DNA of 64,000 bases from an uncultured Elusimicrobiales bacterium (GTDB taxonomy: Bacteria > Elusimicrobiota > Elusimicrobia > Elusimicrobiales > Elusimicrobiaceae), in assembly GCA_934662565.1 (NCBI GenBank), contig CAKUKI010000004.1:98049-162048 (forward strand), given 5' to 3'. A program made the translations under genes and the position numbers. Positions 9,769-19,900 of this stretch are shown here, piece after piece (the first letter of the stretch is position 1; every line of letters begins with the position of its first letter). Below the pieces are notes generated by a model. That model searched no databases and had not been told where the DNA came from. It saw nothing but the letters and a program-made list of their open reading frames with translations.

Positions 9769-11137
9769 ATATAAAAAAGCGTGTGTGATTGGGTTAGGTA
9801 AAAGCGGCCGCGCCGTGGCGCAGCTATTGGCCGATAACGGCTATGAGGTGCTAATTAGCGAAGAATCCGCTATCAAAGAGCCCGCCTTATTAAAACTTCC
9901 GGCCGGCGTGCGGGTGGAAACCGGCGGACACACGCAGGCGGTGTTTCAAAGTGATTTTATAGTGAAAAGCCCGGGCATTTTCCCCAAAAGTCCGGTTTTG
10001 CTGGAATGTAAAAAACGCAAAATACCCGTGTTTAGTGAATTAGAAACCGCCTTGGCTTTTATGCCCAAAGGGGTGCGCGTGTTTGCGGTCACGGGCACGA
10101 ACGGCAAAACCACCACCACCGCTTTACTGGGCGAGATTTTGGAAGAACACTGCAAGCAAGCAGGCGGCAAAGCCCGCGTGTTTGTGTGCGGCAATATCGG
10201 TACTCCGGTATCTTTGATAGTGCCGGAATTAAAACCCGGGGATAATTTGGTGATAGAAGTTTCCAGCTATCAACTGGAAGACAGCACTTATTTCCGCCCG
10301 CAATATGCGTGCATATTAAATGTGACGCCCGACCATTTGGACCACCACGGCGGCTTAAAAAATTATATTAAAGCCAAATTGCGCATTTTTAAGAACCAGC
10401 GCGCAACCGATGTACTGGTTTTGAATGGGGCAGACACCGCCTGCGCCCAAGCGGCGCAAAAGGCCCCTAGCGAAGTGTTTGCGTTTTCCACCCACCCAAA
10501 ACACCTGCTCAAAACGGATGTATTTTTTGACGGGGATGAAATGATTTTTAGCGCCGGACACCAACTCCGCCCCCCCCATTTGAAAGGGATTCATAATGTG
10601 GAAAACGCCATGGCCGCCGCTTTAATGGCCTTGGCGGCGGGGGTTAGTGCACCCACCGTGCAACGCGTGTTTGACCGTTTTGCCGCCATGGAACACCGCA
10701 TAGAACAGTTTGCGTATCACAACGGGGTGATTTATATTAATGACTCCAAGGCCACCAATGTGGATTCTACCGTCACGGCCTTAAAATCTTTTCCGTCCGC
10801 CAAACATATTTGGCTTATTTTGGGCGGGCGCGATAAAGGGTTCCCTTATACGGAGCTTTTGCCGTACTTAAAAACGCGCTGCAAACAGGTTTTAATCATT
10901 GGGGAAGCTATGCCTCAAATAGAAAAAGACTTGTCCGGTGTGCCGCTTACGCGCTGTTTTGACCTTAAACGCGCGGCGGAATATGCGTTTGAAAATGCAA
11001 AAAAAGGCGATATTGTGCTCTTGTCTCCGGCGTGTGCCTCGTTTGACCAGTTTAAGAGTTTTGAACACCGCGGGCAGATGTTCAAACAAATCGTAAACGC
11101 ACTGATTTTTGCCGCCCGTACCGACGGCAAAAATTAG
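9752..11137 (+). CDS. murD: UDP-N-acetylmuramoylalanine--D-glutamate ligase
   Basis: Motifs VIGLGKSGRAVAQLL, AVTGTNGKTTTT, INDSKATN and LLSPACASFDQFKSFEHRG align along E. coli MurD. Overlaps murE by 17 nt. Confidence 0.85.
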   Translation: MFRKNKYKKACVIGLGKSGRAVAQLLADNGYEVLISEESAIKEPALLKLPAGVRVETGGHTQAVFQSDFIVKSPGIFPKSPVLLECKKRKIPVFSELETALAFMPKGVRVFAVTGTNGKTTTTALLGEILEEHCKQAGGKARVFVCGNIGTPVSLIVPELKPGDNLVIEVSSYQLEDSTYFRPQYACILNVTPDHLDHHGGLKNYIKAKLRIFKNQRATDVLVLNGADTACAQAAQKAPSEVFAFSTHPKHLLKTDVFFDGDEMIFSAGHQLRPPHLKGIHNVENAMAAALMALAAGVSAPTVQRVFDRFAAMEHRIEQFAYHNGVIYINDSKATNVDSTVTALKSFPSAKHIWLILGGRDKGFPYTELLPYLKTRCKQVLIIGEAMPQIEKDLSGVPLTRCFDLKRAAEYAFENAKKGDIVLLSPACASFDQFKSFEHRGQMFKQIVNALIFAARTDGKN

Positions 11138-11216
11138 TCCTCTTCCCTTTCCGGCGCAGAAATGTTATAAAGGAAGTATAAGGCTTTTTGAAATAGCCTC
11201 CCTACCGGAAAAGGTT

Positions 11217-12005
11217 ATGAAATTTACTAAAATACTGTTTGTTTTAGCTGTACTTTGTTTGTTTATCCCCGCTTATGCGGCCCCGCAGGGAGCCTCTTTG
11301 GCGGGGTTGCGCGCGGCGCTTATGCAAGCGCAAGGGCCGGTTTCCGCCACACTGATGCGGCGGGTGCTGTCTTATCGGGAAGGGGACGAAACCCTGTTGC
11401 TTTCCGCCAGCCGCCGCGGGGATATTCCTCTAATAAAAAAATTAGCTTGCACCTTGCCCGATTCCCGCGTATTTCAGCAAAAAGATTCTTTCAAGCGTAA
11501 TGCTTTCCACTTGGCGGCCAATTACCAAACGGCGTTGGAACTGATGAAAATGTATGCCTCTTTGCGTTTGCGTGAGGGCGCGGCGCAAGAGGATGTGTTT
11601 GATTCCAGCGCGTTCAAAACGGCACTGATTAACGCCGCAGACCGCCGCGGGGAAACCCCGCTGATGCAACAGGTTAAAGCCCGCCGCTATGAGGTAGCTT
11701 TCCTGTATTTAACAAAAAATGCGGATTTGTGCCGCAAAAGCGTATCCGGCGATACGGCCGTCCATTTGCTGGTGCGCCAATGTTCCGGCAACGCCCCCAA
11801 AGCGCTTGAGCTTTTGGAAAGTTTTTTGCGCGGGGAACCGTATGTGGTTTTTCTGCGGGACGGGGCCGGACGCACCCCCTTGGATTTAGCCAAAGCCTTG
11901 CGTGCCCGTATTGCGTATGAAAAAATAAAAGAAGTCCAACAGCAAGAAAGTGAAAGCCGCGCGCGCAATTTGCGCATTTTACTGCGTAATTTTTTTAATA
12001 GTTAA
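11217..12005 (+). CDS. secreted ankyrin-repeat protein
   Basis: Start placed at MKFTKILFVLAVLCLFIPAYAAP (signal peptide) rather than the 5'-extended ORF from 11109. ANK-like repeats GETPLMQQVKARRYEVAFLYLTKNADLCRKSVSGDTAVHLLV and RNAFHLAANYQTALELM. Confidence 0.55.
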   Translation: MKFTKILFVLAVLCLFIPAYAAPQGASLAGLRAALMQAQGPVSATLMRRVLSYREGDETLLLSASRRGDIPLIKKLACTLPDSRVFQQKDSFKRNAFHLAANYQTALELMKMYASLRLREGAAQEDVFDSSAFKTALINAADRRGETPLMQQVKARRYEVAFLYLTKNADLCRKSVSGDTAVHLLVRQCSGNAPKALELLESFLRGEPYVVFLRDGAGRTPLDLAKALRARIAYEKIKEVQQQESESRARNLRILLRNFFNS

Positions 12006-12025
12006 AATATGCTTTTTGGTCCATA

Positions 12026-12059
12026 AATCCGGCCCTGTTATGCAAGGCCGGATTTTTTA
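12026..12059 (+). terminator. rho-independent terminator
   Basis: atccggcc-ctgttatgcaa-ggccggat followed by TTTTTT. Confidence 0.55.
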
Positions 12060-12154
12060 TTGCCGGTTGACGGGTTGAGGTAAAGATAGCCGCCTGCTTT
12101 TTTGCCGTGCAAAATGTCGCCCCCCGCGTGCAAAAGCCCAGCGGTAGTTGGCCA

Positions 12155-12185
12155 AATAAAAAAGACCTCCTTTTCAGGAGGTCTT
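12155..12185 (-). terminator. rho-independent terminator of tRNA-Gly
   Basis: agacctcct-tttc-aggaggtct hairpin with a T-run on the minus strand directly 3' of the tRNA. Confidence 0.6.
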
Positions 12186-12190
12186 CTAAA

Positions 12191-12264
12191 TGGAGCGGGC
12201 GAAGAGAATCGAACTCTCGTCTCAACCTTGGCAAGGTCGCGTTCTACCATTGAACCACGCCCGC
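12191..12264 (-). tRNA. tRNA-Gly (anticodon GCC)
   Basis: Reverse complement GCGGGCGUGGUUCAAUGGUAGAACGCGACCUUGCCAAGGUUGAGACGAGAGUUCGAUUCUCUUCGCCCGCUCCA. Anticodon loop UUGCCAA, T-loop GUUCGAUUC, CCA encoded. Confidence 0.9.
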
Positions 12265-12306
12265 GAAAATCTTTCTTTATTCCCAACAAAAATATTATAA
12301 CAAATT

Positions 12307-13158
12307 TTATTTCAAAAGTATAGGTGCAATTTTTTTAAGGTACGGATTTTCCAGCACCGCCCGACGGACAACAGGGCTTTTTTTCAGTTCTGAAAGATAT
12401 TTGTTTTGGTTGATAATTTTTGCCGCAACCTGCGGATTTTGCCGGTAATACTGCCCAGATTTGCTAACCATTAAAAACCCCATAAAGCGGCTTTTGCTTA
12501 CGGCTTTGAGCAGTTTTTCATCTGCCAGTACGCGGCGGACGGTTTCGTTTTGGAAAAATTCGTCCATGGCGGCTTTATCTTCCACAAAAAGCCGTAATTC
12601 TTCGGGGTCGTTTAGCAGGTTGGCCGCATCCGGACGGGAAGTAAAAGCTTTAATCATTTCATCTTTGCCCAGTAAAAAAGCCACCATATCGGGGTCTTCG
12701 GTGTTAGATTCAATGTTAGAAGTCAACGCCCATGGCGCGGCACCAATGGTTTGAAAGTTGGTGTCGTTCATCGTTCGGAAGTTGTAGCGGCTGATGACCG
12801 GAATAGTAGTACCTAAAGACGTCACATTCACGCTGCGGTCTTGCCCTTCTTGTATTTGCACATAGCGCACACCGGTAGAGGGGTTAAAATCACGGTCTAC
12901 GGATAAGCCTTTCAGGTTGGCTGGGTCCAGCGACGAGGGGATATTTTCCGCCTTGTTTTTGGCGGAAAAAATGAATAATAAAGAAATCACCAATGCCACC
13001 AGCGTGACAGCCAGCGCCACGGCCGGCATTTTGTCTGCCCATGTTTTGGGTTGGGCCGCCTTGATGGCCTGTGCTTTGGCAACCTCGGCTTGGCGGGCTT
13101 GTTCGCGCACTACTTTTTGGGGCGTGCGTAAGCGTTTTTTTATTTCTTCTATATCCAT
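12307..13158 (-). CDS. hypothetical bitopic membrane protein
   Basis: 283 aa. Basic N-terminus, a single TM ([21 protein letters not shown]), then a 230-aa extracytoplasmic domain with no recognised motif. Confidence 0.5.
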   Translation of the reverse strand: MDIEEIKKRLRTPQKVVREQARQAEVAKAQAIKAAQPKTWADKMPAVALAVTLVALVISLLFIFSAKNKAENIPSSLDPANLKGLSVDRDFNPSTGVRYVQIQEGQDRSVNVTSLGTTIPVISRYNFRTMNDTNFQTIGAAPWALTSNIESNTEDPDMVAFLLGKDEMIKAFTSRPDAANLLNDPEELRLFVEDKAAMDEFFQNETVRRVLADEKLLKAVSKSRFMGFLMVSKSGQYYRQNPQVAAKIINQNKYLSELKKSPVVRRAVLENPYLKKIAPILLK

Positions 13159-13221
13159 ATTCTTATTCTAACAAATCTTCTGCCCAAAAAACACAGGCTC
13201 TATACTTGCTATAATAAATTT

Positions 13222-13638
13222 ATGAAATCCCATACCGAATATTTACTCATTCACACGCCGAAGCGGTACCAAATTGTAAACATCACCCCGCAAGTGGAGG
13301 CCGCTTTAGCCAAAAGCGGCATACAGGAAGGGTTATGTCTGGTTAATTCCATGCACATTACTTCCAGTGTATTTATTAATGATAACGAATCCGGCCTGCA
13401 CCAAGATTTTTTGCGCTGGACGGAGCGTTTGGCCCCGTACGGGGTGGACAAATACCAACATAACCTAACCGGAGAAGACAATGGGGACGCACACCTCAAG
13501 CGCACCTTGTTAGGGCGCGAAGTGGTGGTAGCCGTCACAAACGGGCAGCTGGATTTTGGCCCTTGGGAAACTATTTTTTACGCAGAATTTGACGGTCAGC
13601 GCGATAAGCGCGTGCTGGTTAAAATTATTGGAGAATAA
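13222..13638 (+). CDS. YjbQ family (UPF0047) protein
   Basis: 138 aa with the characteristic [32 protein letters not shown] and [15 protein letters not shown] regions. Confidence 0.75.
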   Translation: MKSHTEYLLIHTPKRYQIVNITPQVEAALAKSGIQEGLCLVNSMHITSSVFINDNESGLHQDFLRWTERLAPYGVDKYQHNLTGEDNGDAHLKRTLLGREVVVAVTNGQLDFGPWETIFYAEFDGQRDKRVLVKIIGE

Positions 13639-13639
13639 T

Positions 13640-14026
13640 ATGAAAAAGACTATTTTTTATCACGATACGGATTGCGGCAACGTAGTTTATTACGCCAACT
13701 ACTTAAAATATTTTGAGGAGGCCCGCACTTTATATATGGCCGAACGCGGCTTTAGCGTGCCGGCTCTCATGCAACGGGGGCTTTATTTTGTGGTGGCCCG
13801 TCAGGAAGTGGAGTATAAATACTCCGTGCGCTATGCGGACGAGATAGACGTTTCCACCAAAGTTTTGGAAGTTTCTGATATTAAAATTGTGTTTGAAAAC
13901 ATCATCACCAACCAAAACGGCCGTTTGTGCACCAAAGGCAAAACCACCTTGGTGTGTGTGGATAAAACCGGTATGCCTACCGCCATGGGCGCAGAAGTAA
14001 AAGCCGCCATGGCGCCCACCTTATAA
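13640..14026 (+). CDS. YbgC/4HBT-family acyl-CoA thioesterase (hotdog fold)
   Basis: MKKTIFYHDTDCGNVVYYANYLKYFEEART..VVARQEVEYKYSVRYADEIDV. Start is the internal ATG at 13640, 1 nt after the yjbQ stop, not the 5'-extended ORF. Confidence 0.75.
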   Translation: MKKTIFYHDTDCGNVVYYANYLKYFEEARTLYMAERGFSVPALMQRGLYFVVARQEVEYKYSVRYADEIDVSTKVLEVSDIKIVFENIITNQNGRLCTKGKTTLVCVDKTGMPTAMGAEVKAAMAPTL

Positions 14027-14159
14027 AGCGTGGCCCCTTTTCGGGCGGAGAAAACAAAGGGCCTATGGCGCAAATAGGCCCAAAAGCAAATAAAGCTGGG
14101 CCCAAGGACCCTTGGCCCTCTTGCATACGGAAGTTATACTGTAAGTAAGAGGAAACCTT

Positions 14160-14837
14160 ATGAACAAAAAAATTTTATTCAGCGTTTTGTTTTTAGTATG
14201 CGCCGCCGGAGTGCAAGCCAAGCCCCAGCCGCGCGCGTATGATGTGCGCCAAGTTTCCTCGGTGGTGGAAAAAATCCGCTTTGACCGCGCCGTCCATTTG
14301 GATAAAGAAGACCAATTTGGCAATACGCCCGTATTTGCCGCCGCCTTAAAAGGGGACGTGCGCGCTTTGGCTTTTTTACAGCGGGTGGCTCCGTCCGGCG
14401 CGTATCTGTTAAAAACCGGTAAAGACGGCAACAATGTTTTTCATGTCGCGCGCGATAAACAAACATTCCAAGCGTTAGTGCGTTCTTTGCGCAAATTTTA
14501 TCCGCAAGATTATCAGGCCCGCTTTCAAGAATTGCTTGCTCAAAAAAATAACTTAAAAGAAACACCGCTCCGCGCCCAATTAAATTACGGCAAAACGGAC
14601 GTTTATTTGAAGTACTTTCCGCAAACGGTGCAGTTTGAACGGTTGCTCCGTATACAGGAAAAAATAAACCAAGGCGGGTTGGTGGCACAGTTGGCGGAAT
14701 ATGAAAGACATGCGGCGGTGGAATCCACCAAAGATTTAAGCGGCTTAACGCCGGCGGCCTTTGCTAAACGCAACCTGAGCCGCGCCGGCATGGCGCAAGT
14801 GGATGCCTTTTTTACGCAGTATTTACCCTTTTTATAA
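14160..14837 (+). CDS. secreted ankyrin-repeat-like protein
   Basis: Signal peptide MNKKILFSVLFLVCAAGVQA. ANK-like FGNTPVFAAALKGDVRALAFLQRVAPSGAYLLKTGKDGNNVFHVA. Confidence 0.5.
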   Translation: MNKKILFSVLFLVCAAGVQAKPQPRAYDVRQVSSVVEKIRFDRAVHLDKEDQFGNTPVFAAALKGDVRALAFLQRVAPSGAYLLKTGKDGNNVFHVARDKQTFQALVRSLRKFYPQDYQARFQELLAQKNNLKETPLRAQLNYGKTDVYLKYFPQTVQFERLLRIQEKINQGGLVAQLAEYERHAAVESTKDLSGLTPAAFAKRNLSRAGMAQVDAFFTQYLPFL

Positions 14838-14908
14838 TTCACCTCAAGCCAAAAAAGCGCCCGCGGACGGAAAATCCGCGGGCGTTGGTATATAGTACAG
14901 TAGCGGTT

Positions 14909-16027
14909 CTAGCCTAAAAATTTAATGGAATTAGGCAAAATAACGTCTTCCATAACGGATAAGGCAAAAGAATCCGTCATACCGGCAATATAATCCGTAA
15001 TAATTTCGTCGCATTGTTCGGGCCGTGAATAAACCCGCTGCATAGAACGCATATAATTAGCAAATGCGTGTGCGGTTTGTTTGCCTTCTTGGTCGTATGC
15101 GGCGTAATCAAACTGATAACGCGTAAAAAGCTGGCGGAAATAATCAAACAAATCCGCAATACGCTTATCAATAGTTTCTTTGCGCTGGCGCATTTGCTCG
15201 TTATGGTAAATATGCTTGTAGTTAAATTCCCGCAGGCAGGAAATCAGTTCAAATTTCTCGTGCGAAAAACCAATGTAGTCTTTATCCACAGAGTTTTGCA
15301 GTAAATCCAAGGAAAGCGTGCTGATAATTTCCCCATTATTACTGCCCAGCTCTCGCCGGACGGCTTGCGGGATGTCTTCTTTGGTAATCAGTTTGGCTTT
15401 AATGGCGTCTTCAATGTCGCGCCCCAAATAGGCAATTTTATCCGCCAGCCGCACAATGCAACCCTCGTAAGTGGACGGCATTTGGTTGCGTCCGGTAATT
15501 TTTTCCAAATCGTTAGGCACTTGGCTGGGGCGCAGTTGCGTAGTGGCAAAGTCTTCCCCGCAGTGGCAAATAATGCCGTCTTTTACGGCAAACGTCAGGT
15601 TGAGTCCTTCCCCGCAGTTGGCTAAATGTTCCACCACGCGGTAGCTGTTGATTTCATGCAAAAACGGTTTGGGCGCAATACAGGCTGCTATAGCGCGTTC
15701 GCCCTCGTGCCCAAAAGGCGCATGCCCAATATCGTGCCCTAATCCGATGGCGTAGGCCAAATCTTGGTTTAACAGCCAGTTGCCGCTTTTGTTTAGGCCG
15801 CGGCAAATGCTGGCGGCAATAGTGGCCACATGCAAAACGTGTTCTATGCGGGTGCAGATGTGGTCGTTATCCGGCGCAAAGAAAACTTGCGTTTTGTGTT
15901 TTAGGCGCCTAAACGGGAGGGAATGAATAATTTTTGTTTGGTCGCGGAAGTATTCGTCCCGCACGTCCGCTTGGTGCGGATGGGTGCGGTGTAAGTAAAT
16001 TTCATCGGAAAACGGGTTTTTATTCAT
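14909..16027 (-). CDS. dgt: dGTP triphosphohydrolase-like HD-domain phosphohydrolase
   Basis: HD motif LGHDIGHAPFGHEGE, N-terminal YFRDQTKIIHSLPFRRLKHKTQVFF and 372 aa total. Confidence 0.8.
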   Translation of the reverse strand: MNKNPFSDEIYLHRTHPHQADVRDEYFRDQTKIIHSLPFRRLKHKTQVFFAPDNDHICTRIEHVLHVATIAASICRGLNKSGNWLLNQDLAYAIGLGHDIGHAPFGHEGERAIAACIAPKPFLHEINSYRVVEHLANCGEGLNLTFAVKDGIICHCGEDFATTQLRPSQVPNDLEKITGRNQMPSTYEGCIVRLADKIAYLGRDIEDAIKAKLITKEDIPQAVRRELGSNNGEIISTLSLDLLQNSVDKDYIGFSHEKFELISCLREFNYKHIYHNEQMRQRKETIDKRIADLFDYFRQLFTRYQFDYAAYDQEGKQTAHAFANYMRSMQRVYSRPEQCDEIITDYIAGMTDSFALSVMEDVILPNSIKFLG

Positions 16028-16076
16028 AAAATTATGATACCATAATATACAGGCCTCTGAATGGCCGTTCTATATT

Positions 16077-16568
16077 ATGGCAAACACGCAAGCAATTTAT
16101 TCGGGCTCGTTTGACCCCGTCACGCAAGGACATTTGGATATCATCCACCGCGCCGCACAACTTTTTGGCGCGGTGCGGGTGGTGGTGTTGGCTAATCCGC
16201 AAAAAAAAGCACTGTTTACTCCGGCGGAACGGGTGGAGTTGTTGCGCCAAGTGACGGCAGATATCCCCCATGTGACGGTGGACACTTTTGACGGCTTGCT
16301 GGTGGATTATATGCGTAAACACCAATTAACCGTATTGGTGCGCGGGGTACGCAACGCCGCGGATTTGGAAAACGAGCAGGCCTATGCGTATGCCAATAAA
16401 CTTTTGTTGCCGGATTTGCAAAGCGTCCTTTTACCGGCGGATCCCCAGTTGCGCTTTGTCAGTTCTACCGCGGTGCGGGAGGCGTGGGCCTTTGGGGTGG
16501 AACTGCCGCATGCGGTTCCTCCGGCGGTGGCGCAGGCGCTTCGGGCAAAATTGAACACTTCTAAATAA
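16077..16568 (+). CDS. coaD: phosphopantetheine adenylyltransferase
   Basis: IYSGSFDPVTQGHLDII (the T/HxGH nucleotidyltransferase motif), 163 aa. Confidence 0.9.
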   Translation: MANTQAIYSGSFDPVTQGHLDIIHRAAQLFGAVRVVVLANPQKKALFTPAERVELLRQVTADIPHVTVDTFDGLLVDYMRKHQLTVLVRGVRNAADLENEQAYAYANKLLLPDLQSVLLPADPQLRFVSSTAVREAWAFGVELPHAVPPAVAQALRAKLNTSK

Positions 16569-16574
16569 CCCAAA

Positions 16575-16604
16575 AGACCTACATGAAAAGTAGGTCCTTT
16601 ATTT
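16575..16604 (+). terminator. rho-independent terminator of coaD
   Basis: gacctac-atgaaaa-gtaggtc hairpin followed by CTTTATTT. Confidence 0.5.
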
Positions 16605-16606
16605 GC

Positions 16607-16636
16607 TTGTCTGTTTTTACTTTCCTTTATTATAAT
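16607..16636 (+). promoter_or_regulatory. candidate sigma70 promoter (TTGTCT-N18-TATAAT) about 300 nt upstream of the giant ORF
   Basis: Perfect TATAAT at 16631-16636 with a TTGTCT -35 at 16607-16612. It implies a 300-nt 5' leader. Confidence 0.3.
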
Positions 16637-16935
16637 ATAGCTGGAGCAGGTTAAAAGGAGATTTTTATGTGCTGTATAGAACGGGGGGTTCTTGAGCAAC
16701 CAAGCACGCCGCACGGGCTTATTTTGGTCCAAAGGGCGGGCGCCTTGCGGTGCTCTATCCCGCCGAGCAGCACATTGTTTAAGCTGTTTCAAAACCGTCG
16801 TTGGCTTAAGCCGCACGGAACCAATCTATGTTTTTGTATTCCTTTTTATAGGGCTGAAAATCTAGGACTCCTAGGTCTTTTGGCCCTGTTTTTTTATCTA
16901 ATTACTTGCCAAACTATGTTTAGGAGAACTGCCCT

Positions 16936-19900
16936 ATGATGAAAATATTGTCCCTACTTCTTAGTTTTACACTTATTTTTACCTCGGTAGCGCCGGCCGC
17001 TGCCCAGACGGCAGATGCCGCCGCCCGCCAAAAAGCGCGGGTTTCCAGCCATGTAGATGCGGGGGTGGACCGTGCGGTGCAATCCCAACGCGGCAAAAAA
17101 TTTGCGGTCAAAGATAAAGCGGCCGAAGTGCGTGCGGTAGTAAAAGCCATGGGGCAGGGCGGGAGTGAAAAATTATCGTACAAAGATTTTGCGGCCGAAT
17201 ACAAGAAAGAGATGAAAAATCTGCTTGTGCAAGTGATGGGAGAGGCCAAGACGGATGAGGAGCGCGCCTACATCAAACAGGTATGGACGGCGATGATGAC
17301 GGAGAAAGCGATTCGTGCGGAATATAAGCAATATCAAAAATTAGAGCAAGAATCGTTAAAAGAAGCGGAAAAAGAAGTCAACGCCTATTTACGGCGTTTA
17401 GGGCGCGAAGTGATGGCGATTTACAAAGTAAACAAACGGGAAGGCTTAGCGTTAATCAAAGAAGCCTTGCCTGTTTTTGCGTCAGTGGGAGCGATAGAAT
17501 TTAACGTAAAGAAAGAAGCGGCCGGAGTTTTACGCCAAGCGATAAAAGCGGGCGAAAAGAGCTGTGGCAGTGTCGGTTTTTTAACAGGGATAAAAGCGAA
17601 AGCAGGGTATAAAGACTCGTTAAACAGCCAAGTGAAAGGGTGCCAAAGCGTCTTAGAAGCGGCGTATGCGTTAAGCGTATTGGGAGCGGACGACTCCAAG
17701 GGTCAAAGCGCGGACGCGAAAGTATTGGGCGACCTGTTAGCCAAGGGCTACAACGGCTTAATGGGGCCGAGCTTGATTGTGATGGTCTCCAAGGGGCTGT
17801 TGGCTATGCATGGGGAACGCACCTTAACGGCAGAGCTGGTAAAGATTTCGCGTGATTTTCCGGACATAGGGTTATTTGGGAATGATTTTTCTTTTATTAG
17901 TGTAGCGGACTGGGTAAAAGCGTCCAGCATTATGAAGGGCGAATATGCTATGGGGATGGAATACAGCTTTTACAAAGGCGGCAAATACGCGAACTTAAAC
18001 AACGCGTGGTTAGATTTAGGTCAATATTTAGCGCAGGAAGCGAAAGCGGGCGACAAGAGTGCGGCGTATGTATTAAACACGGTGATGGAGGAAAGTGTTT
18101 GGTATGACAGCTACGGCAACCCCGGAGTTAAATTCAAACCGTTTGTGACGGGTGCGTTAGCCGGTGGGTATAGAATCAACAAACCGGGGCGCGCATATAC
18201 GCAACTGGACGGGAACGGCAAAACGCAGCATATAGACACGCGCAAAGAGTGGAACCGCGCGCTGGCGAAGATGAAAAAGCTGAACATGACGCAGAGCGGG
18301 TATTTTGCGTCTAGCTTGTATTATTCCGGCAAAGGGGATTTGGACCCGTACACGAACATTTATATTAATAACAAGCTGGTGGACGGCTACCGTTTAAGTG
18401 GGAGCCGCGCGCAGTTGAAAAACTTTGGCAAACGTGCGCGTCCGACGGCGGCCGAATTACAGCTGTATAAAGAATTGCAACACGCGCAGACGGTAGGGAA
18501 CGTGATAGACGTTGCGTTAGCGGTGTTCTTTATGGGCAAATTAGCCCTTAGCGCGGTAAAGATGGGCGTACAAGGCATCAAGAGCGGTGTACGCGTTTTG
18601 AAATTGGCGCGCAGCGGAGCGGCGGCGAACGGGTTAGGATTTGGTAAAAACTTCAGCCGTGTGATACGTTTAGGTCGTTTACAGAAATACGGGGTACATA
18701 GTGCAAAAGAGCTGCTGCGCAGCCGCTTATCAGGTGTAATGGGGACGCAGCACACGAAGATAGTAGGCGGCGTCAAGAATTTCAGACAAGCGGAAGCGGC
18801 CAAGAAAGCGGCGGATGCGAAACGCGCGGCGGCGGCCCAAGCCAAAGCGGATGCGGCTTTTGCGCAAACGGCGGAAGTGCGCTCCGTAGACGGGGTGGCG
18901 CATGTGATTCCGTCCGGCATGGATTTAGTAAGAGTCAACGGTCGGCCGGTACTCGTAAAGAAAGGGTTAAGCTTTAGTGAAATTGCCAAGAACTTTGGCG
19001 TAGCGGAAAGTGCGGTAAGCGAAGCGAAAGCGGGCAGCAGCATGGCGGCGGTAAGTGCGCCGAGATACACGACGAGTGGCGCGGCGGCCGCGGTGGAAGG
19101 CAAAGTACAGCCTGCGATGGGTCCGAAGCCTGTAGCGGCGGAAGTAGCGGAGCCAGTGGGCACGAAAGGCAGTGTGGTAAAGAGCCCGGTGCGGTATGTA
19201 CAGGTAGAAACGACCAACGCCTTAGGCAATAAAGTAATGTCATGGAAACCGGTGACGCCTGAGATAGCCAAGCCGAAACCGAGTTTTTGGAAAAATTTCA
19301 AAGAACGGTTTTTATGGAACTGGTATGGGCTGACAGATTTTGCCGGAAGTTTGGGACAGGCGGCGCAGAACGGGCGCAGCGGTGGCGTATTGGCCTTGGG
19401 GCTGAACATGGGCAGTGTGCCTATGCAAGCGGTCAAGGCGGAAGCAAGCTTACTGGCGCAAGGTGTAAAGACGGAACACGTTTTAACGCTCAAAAATATG
19501 GTGATGTACTCCGACGAATTAGCGAAGGTGGGTTGGAGTGGCGCCTCGTTTAGAGTAGGCACGCCCAATGTAGGTGGTATGCAGAATATGGGCCGGTTGC
19601 CGCAAGTGGGCAGCCCCTTTGGTGCAACGGGCCCCGCGTTAGGCATGCTGGGCACATTAAACGCGACGAACATTGCCAACAACTTGAGCGACTCCCGCGC
19701 CCAAGCCGCGCAATATACAGCCACGGCAGTGGCTCCGCGCAAATGGTGGCAACGCTGGTTTGGGGCCAAATCCTCCAATATGAATTTTAATGTTGCCGCC
19801 GTGAGTCAGGTGGCGCCATTGGCCCAAGCTGCGCAAGCGGCCGCCCCCGCGGAAGAACCGGCTGGGGAAATGTCGGACGCGGAACTGGGTGCCGATACGG

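Noticed and set aside
11109-11216. 5' extension of the first ankyrin ORF (MPPVPTAKISPLPF...).
   Set aside because: The extension overlaps the murD 3' end and lacks an RBS. The internal ATG at 11217 gives a canonical signal peptide.
14909-16027. dGTPase considered as a possible anti-phage dGTPase defence gene.
   Set aside because: It is a single gene in a housekeeping context next to coaD, with no partner genes or island features, so a housekeeping Dgt is the simpler reading.
16667-16939. 90-codon ORF in the leader of the giant gene.
   Set aside because: Poor composition, no RBS, and it ends overlapping the giant gene's ATG. It is more likely part of a 5' UTR, noted under the leader finding.
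18387-19778. 463-aa minus-strand ORF, plus several 60-180-aa ORFs on either strand, inside the giant gene.
   Set aside because: They lie in other frames of a long, well-supported coding sequence. Their composition (Ala/Pro/Cys-rich, no start context) is typical of spurious ORFs in GC-biased coding DNA.
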